Below are positions 27,361-37,156 of a stretch of 64,000 bases of DNA, in pieces. How positions within the stretch are numbered: the first letter of the stretch is position 1; every line of letters starts with the position of its first letter. Source of the stretch: Lama guanicoe (taxonomy: Eukaryota); NCBI GenBank assembly GCA_013239625.1, contig MU054187.1, positions 2,987,757 to 3,051,756 on the forward strand. Direction: 5' to 3'. Under the pieces are notes generated by a model, which saw only the letters and a list, made by a program, of their open reading frames with translations, searched no databases and had not been told where the DNA came from. A program made the position numbers and the translations under genes.

Positions 27361-28729
27361 CACTTTTCTTTCAAGCACCAGGATCTAATACAAATAAAAT
27401 GCTTTCTTATTCAATATTTTAAAAAATTGGCCTAAGTGCTAGTATGGAAATGATATGTTTTCTGCTCTTTTTAAAAATTGCAAATGTGTATTTCAGCTGT
27501 GTCAGGGTTAAACGGGTTTTATTGGCTGGCTTGGGGACTTAATCATTTTGTACCATTTTGTTCTTATGGGAAAGTGCGTTTTAAGACTTAATGACCCACT
27601 AACGTACTTCAGAAACAAAACATACTTCCCAGTCAGAGACTATTATGAAATATAGAAAGAAACCCGGGGCCCCTCTTTCTTTCCACATCACATCTAAGCC
27701 TGTGTTCCCAGCTTTGGAGACACTTCATTTCAGACCCTAAATTGCATCTCATTCTATTTCTTTTACTCAGCTAGGGTTGCTATGCCAATTTGGAAATTAA
27801 AATATTGCAGCAATTCAACCCTCTAAATTCCTTTCACCATTTTTGGTAATTGTATCCCTCAGCGCTCATCTGCTCCTTCCCCGACTTACTTCTAAACTTC
27901 AAATTCCTTAGTATTGCTCTAAATCTTGTTTAAAGGCTCATTTTTGATTTTTTTTTTTTTTTTTTTTAACATTTCAGAAGTCTCTGTGCTTTTGCAGCTC
28001 TAGCTTTTTGAAAGCCACAGTTGCAGCTCCAATGTCATCAGAAGAGGTGCAGACTATTTGTCTGGGGAACCTGTCCCAGAATACTTACCCAATGACCACT
28101 AGATACGTCAGTCACGGTATTAGGCTCTGGGTACAGAGTGTACGTGGAGGGCGGGGGACCGCCATAACTCACGAGGGGCCTTTTACAAGCCCCTGTATAC
28201 TGCTTCATTCTGCTGCTAGCATGGTCACGCTAAAGTGGAAATCTAACCATGTCTCTCTTTTATTTTAAATGCTTCAGGAGTCTTCATAGTTTTGGGGAAA
28301 AAACATTGTATCTTCTTAACTTACCCTGTAAGAGCTGTGCAGTCTTTCAAGCTCTCAGAGTCTCGCCTGACTCTCTTTTTCACAAATGCTGACAGGGTGT
28401 GTCTGGGTTCTTTCACAAATGCGTCAGGAGGTCTTAATAAGGCAACTGCGCCTGAAAAACATAGAGCAAATTATAGTTTTATTTCCTCTTGGTTGCAAAC
28501 TCTTTACTTCACATTTTTTTCCCATTAAAAGGCTATGTATTATTCTATTAATTTAAATGAAAGCTTGAAGAATGGATAGAAGTCAGTTACTAAAATGAGT
28601 CTTGGGGTTAGGCAAGGAGTGTGTGGTCCAGATGTCTGGAGAAGAGCGAAAATCGCCCCACATCTGGAATCAGGCAGTGCAGGGTGCCTGGCATGTGGGA
28701 GGGGGACACTGGCCAACACATGAAAACAA

Positions 28730-29010
28730 ATGGCTCCAACATGATGGGTTCCTATCAAGACTCAAGATAAAGGTGTCAGCAGATTTGGTTCCTGGCTTGA
28801 AGACAGCCTCCTTTTGCTGCGTCCTGACATGTGAGATAAAAAGAGGAAGCTCTTTTCTCTCCTCCTCTTCTTATAAGGCCACTAATCCCATCACTGGGGA
28901 CTCACCTCCATGACCTCATATAAACCTGATTACATTCCAAAGGCCCCACCTCCAAGTACCATCACGTTAAGGGTAAGGTCTTTAACAGGTGGATTTGGGG
29001 GGATTTGTTT
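28730..29010 (-). mobile_element. MLT1A-like LTR fragment
   Basis: 'caagataaaggtgtcagcagatttggttcctggcttgaagacagcctcc...tcttcttataaggccactaatcccatc...catgacctcatataaacctgattacattccaaaggccccacctccaagtaccatcac'. Confidence 0.75.
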
Positions 29011-30399
29011 AACCACTGGCTTTCCTGGCTGACCACAGGAGGCAGCTGAGTCTGTTTCTTCATTTCACCTCTATCCTTTCAGGGTCAAATAACGGGAGTC
29101 AAATTATTTAATATTGACTCTGTTTTACTTCGAATCTCTCCCCTTGGTCCAGAAGTCTCTTCCCTATTAAGTCCCATATATCTCCTTTCTACACTTAGAT
29201 TGTTAAAAAACAGAAACATACCCTGGATAGAACCAAACAAACCCTGCTTTCCACCCTCCAAATTCCCCTGATATGAGTCTTGGGGGCAAACGCGCATATT
29301 CTGATGCGGTTCTGTGCTGGAGCTCATGGGTGAGCTCAAAGCCCCACGGGGAGTGTGTGGGTTCTCTGCTGAATGGGGAGGCTGTCCCGTCCCTGTTCCC
29401 CCATGTTAGCTGCCATACTACACAGCACAACCTTGAAGGGGAGATCAGAGTGGTGAGCTCGGGCCCCAGGAGACAAGCCAGGCCCTCTCCCCTCGGCCTG
29501 GATGTGAGGACTCTGTCTTTGAGTGAGGTGAAGAGAGCATCTCTGTATACCACGAGGCTGGCCAGGCTGGAGGTAAAGGAGGATTTGAAGTGAAGACTTG
29601 AAGAAAGTGAAACCAGCAAGAGGATAAGGCGAGCTGAGCAGCCCAGGGCAGCAGCCGTCTTGCTGTGTTTGAGATGTGCAGCCGGCGTGGGGGGACGGGT
29701 ATGCGCGAACAGCAGGAAACAGGGTCAGAGGGAAACTGTGGCCCAGGAGTCAGACTGAAAGGCCAATAGGAGAATGTTCCTTCTTACGTGGAACAAGATG
29801 CGCAGATGCTGGATAAGCGTTCAATCGGGCTGTTGCGGGGGTGTGTGACCAGAGCAGGTGCCGGGGCTCCGTGGGGCCTCACACTTTAACGCTCTGTAGT
29901 TGGTGTCCTCTAACCTTTGAGTCTGTCTTTTGTGAGTGAAGTCTGGCAGAACAACGGAGCCTGCGCCAGGGGCTTGGCACGAGTGGTCCTGCTTCCCTAG
30001 GATGGTCCTCACTGCCTACCCACTACCTCCTGGTCCTTCAGCCCCGCCTGGCCTCCCCTCCGCACCCACCCATCCCCTTATCACTGTTGTCTTCCATCCC
30101 CCAGGGGCACCAGGCATAGAAGCAGGGAGCCCTGGGGCCAGGGCGTGCCCCAGGCACTTCAGGGGGACGCAAGGCCATGGCCCTCCCCTCCTTGGGCAGC
30201 AGCACCCAACGCACTCGCCGGGCCCCTCCAGGCTTCAGGTGCTGAGCAGGTCCCAGCTGGAGGGCTGTAGCCTCTTTGGAATTGCTGGTCTAGTGTGGGT
30301 GGAGGCAGAGGCCCAGCGGAAGGGAGGTTGACTTCCCTGCCCCCGGCTGGGGTCCTGCAGTATCATTCTGCACTGGGCCCCACAATATGCAGCCCATTC

Positions 30400-31320
30400 T
30401 GATGTTAGAAGATGAATAGCATGAACCAGTTTGCTTTTTTAAAGGAGTTTTCTGATGGTTATGTTAACTGTAGGAGAGAAAGGGTGAAAAAAGGAGGATG
30501 AGTAAGAAGGCAGAAATCCAGGTGGGAGATAATTGGGAATCAAATCAGAGTGGTGTCAGGGAAGATGGTAAGAAACGATCAAATGAAAACAGATTTTGAA
30601 GGCAGAAGCAAAAGTATTCTCCGGCAGATTAGATGTGGGGTCTAAGAGACAGACATGGTCAAGGAGGACTCCGCTATTTTTGTCTTGAGACTCAAAAAGA
30701 ACGGAGTTGTCATTAACTAAAGTGAGGAAAGAGGAACAGATTTGGGGGAAGAGCTGAAGGTCAGTTTCAGACTATTTAAATATGAGATGTCTACCAGGCA
30801 CCCATGTACAGGTGCTGAGAAAGCAGTGGGGTGCATTCTGAGCTTAGGGGGACAGATCCAGCCTGAAGAAATAAATACGGGAGTCATTAGCATATAGGTG
30901 GCATCTTAAAACATAAGATTTGATGAAATTAGAGGAAGATTTGAGGACTGAGCCTATATAAAGACAGAGGAAACAGGAAAGAATTAGCAAAGGACCCAGA
31001 ATTAGCCAAGAATCAGGCTTTGAGATGGAAAAAACCAAGAGTGTGTGATGTAGTGAAAGCTGAGCAAGGACCACACTTCAACGCACAGGGAGTGATCACG
31101 GGGCAAGTGCTGCCGAAGGGGGCAAGCAGCAAGAGGGCTGAGCCAGGCGGGGAGCGGCGCCGCAGACGTGGTGCGGAGCACTTGCTGGTTTGTTTGAGTG
31201 CATTCAGGACGACAGGAGGACAGGGACAGAAGGAAGCCAGGTCAGGCAGCTCCAGGAGAAGTGTGTTGTAAAGGGTTTCGGAGAAATGCAAGGGTAGCTA
31301 GAAAGGGAATTGGAATCAAA
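30400..31320 (-). mobile_element. L2 LINE fragment
   Basis: Purine-rich L2-type text: 'tccaggtgggagataat', 'attttgaaggcagaagcaaaag', 'gattagatgtggggt', 'gtcaaggaggactcc', 'gagttgtcattaactaa', 'tgagatgtctacca', 'ggagtcattagcatataggtgg'. Confidence 0.7.
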
Positions 31321-31336
31321 GGAAGTTTCTTCGTTC

Positions 31337-31495
31337 TGTTTTTGTTTTTTTTGGTTGACCTTGGTTTTCTTTTTTGGGAGGAAAGGGGAGGTAATTAGGT
31401 GTATTTTAAAATTTAAAATGAAGGTACTGGGGATTGAACCCAGGAGCTCGGCCATGCTAAGCATGTGCTCTACCACTTAGCTATACCTTCCCCCC
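31337..31495 (-). mobile_element. tRNA-derived SINE, camelid vic-1-like
   Basis: Reverse complement reads GGGGGAAGGTATAGCTAAGTGGTAGAGCACATGCTTAGCATGGCCGAGCTCCTGGGTTCAATCCCCAGTACCTTC...CCTAATTACCTCCCC plus an A-rich tail. Pol III A box at 31473-31483 and B box at 31430-31440. Confidence 0.8.
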
Positions 31496-32549
31496 TCCCC
31501 AGCTTTGTATTCTAACTCATGAAATAGAAGCATGTTTGTATGGGGTGGGGATAATTCAGCAGGGAGGGAAAGTTCGTGATCATGGAAATTAGTGTTGAAT
31601 TGTTTTCCTGAGCAGTGGGATGGGGTGGGAGCTGGTGAACAAGTGGAGGGGTCCCCTTGTGGAGGCAGAGGCCCACCTCGTGGGTGTAGAGGCTGGTTGG
31701 CGGGCAGGGGAGGTGCTGAGAGCTTCATAGGTTCTGTTCTGTTGTGGTGGCTTCGTTTTTCTCAGTGAAATGGGAAGCAGAGTCATCAGCTCAGAGTAAG
31801 GGTGGGAAAGGAGGCAGGTGTAAAGTGTTTGAGGAGGGGGAAATGAGAAATTATAATTAAAAAATTAGGAAAGCAAATGGACCAGGAAGATGTGGTGTGA
31901 TCTGTGATTGCAGAGCGGCCCCAGGCTTCCCTTCAGGTTTGTGGTCACACAGCTAAGGGAGCCACAGCATTGCTGCCCTTTGTGCAGACACAGCCAGTCC
32001 CACAGGCTCAGGCCTGAAGCTGGCGCAGAGTGGGGTTTGGGCAGCGTTGGTGTTTGGTCAAGTAAGAGGGACAGCAGAGATGCGAACATGTTTGAGGGGG
32101 TGCTGATGGTGCTGGATCATGGGGTTTAAGCTGTGCAAGGAGAAAACTGAGGGCATGAAGGGGTTAAGAGACATGAAAGCCAGGCAGAACTAAGTCCAAG
32201 GGAACTTAAGGTAGCGAGCTGACCCTTTGGGAGTCAGAGAGGGAGAGGCTCAAAATTGAGATTATGAAGCTATTGAGTGATGATGTGGTTTAGGTCATGA
32301 CAATGGGAAAGAATCTCTTGAAGACAAGAGCATTGAAGGAAAGGAGCTCACAGTACTGACAGGCCAGGAATCTGAATTTAAAAACAACGGATTCTGATGC
32401 AGAGGGTCCAACAACTGTGTTCCCAGGAAATCTTATTTCAGAGAGAGTTGACTAGCTAGCAAAACGTAAAGTATTAGAGTTAAATCAGAAAACATGAGGA
32501 GGTGGAAGAAATGTGAAAAAATATTAACAGAACGTTGTGTGTTGAGTGT

Positions 32550-32730
32550 GCAGGACTTGGTGTCAAACATTTTACACACGTCGCTTTATTATTCCTGGAA
32601 ACAACGCTGGGGCTAGAGATTGTGGTCATCCCTGGCTTACAAATGATGAACGTGAGGTCCAGGGGGTTAATAATACGCCCAGGAACACCTCTGTCTGAGC
32701 CCCAACTCTGAGCTCTTAACCAGTGTGTCC
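32550..32730 (-). mobile_element. MIR SINE fragment
   Basis: 'cattttacacacgtcgctttattattcc...cttacaaatgatgaacgtgaggtccagggggttaataatacgcccagg...gagctcttaacca'. Confidence 0.6.
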
Positions 32731-33604
32731 ACCTGCCTTCACAGGTGCAGCAATTACGAGAGAGGGGGTGGTGTTAAAATCCGTACCCTGAGATGTGAGT
32801 AATAGGCTCACGGGGTTAGAGACTCTTAAGAACAATATTGTATACAAAGCGCAGTAAGAAGCATTGTCTCATCCAGTCCTCATATTAATCCTGTTTATTA
32901 AGCAATTTGCCCAGATCGTGGGGCCAATAAGTAGCAGAGCCTGGATGTGAATGTCCATCCTCTGACCTCCTGCTCATGCTCCTCCCACTAACTCCCACCA
33001 CCACTTTCCAGAGATGATTCAGACAGAAACTTGAAAAAAAAAAACCTAAAAATTTTTTAATAAATGTATTAATAAAGAAAGTATTACAAGTTGTTTCTTT
33101 TTTAGAACCTAACAGGGTAAGTCTCATACTTCTGGTTTCCATGGGAACATTAGTACAGAATGTAGCATTCTTTCTGTTGGGGAATATTCTTTCTATCAAT
33201 GCAAGCATTCATTCAATGGGTATTTATTGAGCAAAGAGTCAATGCAGCCACTGTGACAGATGCAGAGGATACAGCTGAGTGAGAAACATCCCTGCCCTAA
33301 AGGAAACCCCAGGCAGCTCCAGGCTTGCGGAATCTCAGATACTCTGCAGCCTTTGATGTCTGGTGCAAGTTAAGGAATTGCCCTTGACCTAGAAAACACT
33401 CTGTCCCTTAGGACCCAGTTACCTAAGAAATTATTCCTCTCCCCAGTAGTTTGGCACAAAGTAAGATCAGCTGCAGTGCCCTGGAGATGGAATCTTAGAT
33501 TTGGACCTTGGGGAAAAAAACCCAGTGTGTTTTCCGATAAGAAAAAAAAAAAAGATGGTTCTATTCCAAGAGGGTCCAGTTTTAAAGCTAGATTTAAAAT
33601 ACAC

Positions 33605-34262
33605 CCTTAAACAACTAAAAATAGACTTACCATATGATCCAGCAATCCCACTCCTGGGCATACAGCCACAGGAAACTCTAATTTGAAAAGATATATGCAC
33701 CCCAGTGTTCACAACAGCACTATTTACAATAGCTAAGACATAGAAGGAACCTAAATGTCTATCAACAGATGACTGGATAAAGAAGCTGTGGTATATTTAT
33801 ACAATGGAATACTACTCAGCCACAAAAGGAATAAAATAATGCCATTTGCAGCAACATGGATGGACCTGCAGATTGTCACACTAAATGAAGTAAACCAGAA
33901 AGAGAAAGAAAAATACCATCTGATATTATTTATATGTGATCTGAAAACAAATGACACAAATGAACTTATTTACAAAACAGAAACAGACTCACAGACATAG
34001 AAATGGTTACCAGGGGGAAGGGAGTGGGGAGGGATAAACTGGGAGTTCGGGATATGCAGATCACATATATAAAATAGACAAACAACAAGGACCTACTGTA
34101 CAGCACAGGGAACTATATTCAATACCTTGTAGTGGCCTATAATGAAAAAGAATATAAAAAGGAATCTAGATAAATATAACTGAATCACTATGCTGTATAT
34201 CAGAAATTAACACAACATTGTAAGCTGACTATACTTCAATAAAAAATAAAATAAAATAAAAA
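33605..34262 (+). mobile_element. 5'-truncated L1 3' end with poly(A)-like tail
   Basis: 'aactaaaaatagacttaccatatgatccagcaatcccactcctgggcata...aatgccatttgcagcaacatggatggacct...caaggacctactgtacagcacagggaactatattcaat...cacaacattgtaagctgactatacttcaataaaaaataaaataaaa'. The ORF track shows L1 ORF2 C-terminal-like peptides (LKIDLPYDPAIPLLGI; IMPFAATWMDL). Confidence 0.92.
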
Positions 34263-36214
34263 TTAAGTTAAATATACTCCCTGCTTGGCAGTCTAACTGG
34301 CTCCATGGTCCTGCACTGACCCTCATTCGCCACTTACTTAGACATGCTTTTGCTAGAAATACTGGGTTTGTACATGTCAGGTAATGTTTATGGGCTTTTT
34401 GGCCCCACACCCTCCTGCCAAACTGTCAGGCAAAGGCCACGGAAGGCAGCCCAGGACACCAGTCTATAAGAATGAAGGACAAGGGTGGGCAAGTTCGGCT
34501 TTGTCGGGGTTGGTGCTGAAACAGCGGCTGAGCCGCAGCACAAGACGCCTGAGGCGGCTGTTTCCACGTGCTGAGACAGGCGTGCACACCTATCTCACGA
34601 GGCTGCTAATTAAGAAAGGCACACACTGTGGTTCGAACTGAGCGTGGGGTCTACAAGCGAGCGGGAAGGGTGTTAGGTTTTGCCTCCAGATTTAGAAGAC
34701 TGCACTGGTGCTCTTCGTGGCAGGGTAGCTCGTGTTGCCTCGCTTCCCTCTGGTCTTAAAACACGTGAGTCACAGTGTAATTTAAGAATTACACTCTCTC
34801 TTACATTTGCAAACGTTAAGCGAGACAAATCAAAGATTAAGTTTTCTTATCAGAGAGAGAGAGGATCCTATTACCTATCGGATTTTTCAGAATCTTTTCG
34901 ATCAGGAAAATGTTTCATATTCTCTTTAAATCTGATTTGGTGAACCACTCCGATCACAGATTTATTTTATTCGAGTCTCTTCTGGAGTTGCGGGATTACA
35001 CAACTCTGCAACTCCTATAGCTTTAAGAGCAAGTAATTCTTGTTTTAAAGCAGGGGAGGTGGCGCCAGCTCCCGGCTCAACCACTCCCCGCCTACGGGCC
35101 GGGCTCCACAACCGGCGGCGGCCTGCCCCGCCGCCGCTCCTCCTGGCTTGGCCGTTTCTGGCCGCTGAGAGAGCATGGGGGCACCAGCCCCGCGGCCTGA
35201 GTCTGGGCGGCGGAGGGCGCGTGAGCCGCCTCCTCACCCGGGGAGCCTGGGGCGCCCCGGCCTATCCGAGAAGCCGGAGCCTTCGGGCTGCGCCCTCCTT
35301 CCCCCGAGGGCGCGGGCTCGGCGCTCCCGGAGGACCTGCCCGTCCTCCGCGGCCCGGACTACGCTCTCCGCGCCTTCGTGGGCCCTGCACGCACTCTACC
35401 TCCCTAGCTTCCTAAGGCCGGGCACACCCACTGCCGCTGCCAGCATTCGGGGCGCTGGCATCCGAGTTAAACCCAGACTCCCAACCCTCATCGGCCCCAG
35501 GTGCACACGCAGCCCTTCTCCAGGTACCCGCAGCTCAGAACGGAATACAAAAAGGCCTGCGCCTCCCCAGCCCTCGCCGCTGCCACACCCGCCGGTGCCC
35601 ACTCTCCTTCGACCTCCGCGCCGGCTGGACGCGGCGACCCCTCCCCTCCGCGCTCTCCTACTCCTCCCCCAGGGTCGGTCAAATCCACCCAGCGTTCTCC
35701 GAAATCCCGCGAGCTGGGGTCCTCAACCATCTCCCTCCATCCTCTCGGCCGCTCCTCCCGGCCCCGGGGACCGGCCGCCCCCCACCCCCACCCAGCCGCG
35801 CTTCCCGGCCCCGGCCCCTCCTCTATCCCCCCCCGCCCCTCCGGAGCCGGGGTGGGAGCGGCGGCAGCTGGAAGAGAAGGGATGAGGTCATCCTCTCCCT
35901 CGGAGTCAGCTGGTGGAGGAGAGGAAGCGGGAGGAGGGAGCGCGCGCGAGGGGAGGAGAGGAATGTGCAGGTCCGAGGAGCGCCGCGGCGGCCGCTGCTG
36001 CTCCTGCTGCTGGCGGCGGCGGCGGCTCGGGCGGCGGCGGCGGGGCCGGGACAGCGGGCGGCGGCGGGCGGCGGGCGAGCCGGCGCAGGAGCAGGAGGAG
36101 GGGAGCCGCGCCGCCAGGGAGGGAAGCCGGGGCGAGGCGAGGAGGTGGCGGGAGGAGGAGACAGCGGGGAAAGGTGTCACATAAAGGAGGGCTCTCCGCC
36201 GCTTTGGAGGCATC

Positions 36215-37014
36215 ATGGCCGCTAAGTCAGACGGGAGGCTGAAAATGAAGAAGAGCAGCGACGTGGCGTTCACCCCGCTGCAGAACTCGGACCACTCGGG
36301 CTCGGTGCAGGGATTGGCTCCGGGCTTGCCGTCGGGGTCGGGAGCCGAGGACGAGGAGGCGGCGGGGGGCGGCTGCTGCCCGGACGGCGGCGGCTGCTCG
36401 CGCTGCTGCTGCTGCTGCTCCGGGAGCGGCGGCTCGGGCGGCGGCTCCGGCGGCATCGGCGGCCCGGGCGGCGGCGGGGCGGGTTCGGCGGCGCTGTGCC
36501 TGCGCCTGGGCAGGGAGCAGCGGCGCTACTCGCTGTGGGACTGCCTCTGGATCCTGGCCGCCGTGGCCGTGTACTTCGCGGACGTGGGCACTGACATCTG
36601 GCTCGCCGTGGACTACTACCTGCGCGGCCAGCGCTGGTGGTTCGGGCTCACGCTCTTCTTCGTGGTGCTCGGCTCGCTCTCGGTGCAGGTGTTCAGCTTC
36701 CGCTGGTTTGTGCACGACTTCAGCACCGAGGACAGCGCCGCGGCCGCCGCCGCCTCCAGCTGCCCGCAGTCTGGAGCGGACTGCAAGCCGGTGGTCAGCA
36801 GCGGGTCTGCAGCCGCGGAAGGCGAGGCTCGCCCTTCCACGCCGCAAAGACAAGCATCCAGCGCCAGCAAGAGCAACATCCCCGCCACCAACAGCGGCAT
36901 CAACAGCAGCGGGGCCACCCGGGCCAGCGGCAAGCACAGGTCTGCGTCCTGCTCCTTCTGCATCTGGCTCCTGCAGTCACTCATCCACATCTTGCAGCTC
37001 GGGCAGATCTGGAG
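36215..37014 (+). CDS. XKR4: XK-related protein 4 (caspase-activated phospholipid scramblase family), first coding exon (266 codons + 2 nt; phase-2 intron follows)
   Basis: Translation [37 protein letters not shown]...[63 protein letters not shown]...[19 protein letters not shown] matches the mammalian XKR4 N-terminus and XK-family transmembrane segments as I recall them. Strong Kozak context (gcatcATGG). Similarity ends at TGGAG|GT (GT at 37015-37016). Confidence 0.96.
36719..36739 (+). promoter_or_regulatory. Canonical RE1/NRSE (REST binding) motif inside coding exon
   Basis: TTCAGCACC-GA-GGACAGCGCC versus consensus TTCAGCACC-nn-GGACAGCGCC; both half sites are perfect with the canonical 2-nt spacer. 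Confidence 0.75.
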
Positions 37015-37129
37015 GTACCGTATCAGGGGTGGGGGAAGAGGGAGATTTGCTGCTGCTCCTACATCCCCACTGCTTTGCTCTTGCACGAAGATCGTATAGG
37101 GTTGCTGTGGGAGTAACCCTCGTCTCACT

Positions 37130-37156
37130 CTTTTTGTTTTGTTTTGTTTTGTTTTA
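37130..37156. repeat. (TTTTG)n simple repeat
   Basis: tttttgttttgttttgttttgtttt just inside intron 1. Confidence 0.85.

Larger units (their letters stand above)
35050..37020. promoter_or_regulatory. XKR4: CpG island spanning XKR4 promoter, 5'UTR and exon 1
   Basis: Abrupt switch to very GC- and CpG-rich sequence with GC boxes and GGC/CGG runs from about 35050 to the exon 1 donor; AT-rich flanks on both sides. The exact TSS cannot be determined. Confidence 0.9.

Noticed and set aside
28372..28425. Short direct repeat (tttcacaaatgc twice); similar small duplications at about 7145-7190 and 49495-49548
   Set aside because: Only two copies each; ordinary local slippage, not an array.
31420..31495. 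tRNA gene
   Set aside because: The tRNA-like head continues into a SINE body and A-rich tail, and the stems look disrupted; it is a SINE.
33501..34000. ORFs with L1 ORF2-like peptides
   Set aside because: Fragments of a truncated, frameshifted L1, not a gene.
35488..36937. Long antisense ORFs (322 aa, 236 aa) and alternative-frame ORFs over the CpG island
   Set aside because: Low-complexity Pro/Arg/Ala/Gly products expected from stop-poor GC-rich DNA and the shadow of the XKR4 CDS; no recognisable family.
37015..37099. Last 27 aa of the 294-aa ORF as part of canonical XKR4
   Set aside because: Lies past the splice donor; similarity to XKR4 ends at GQIWR.
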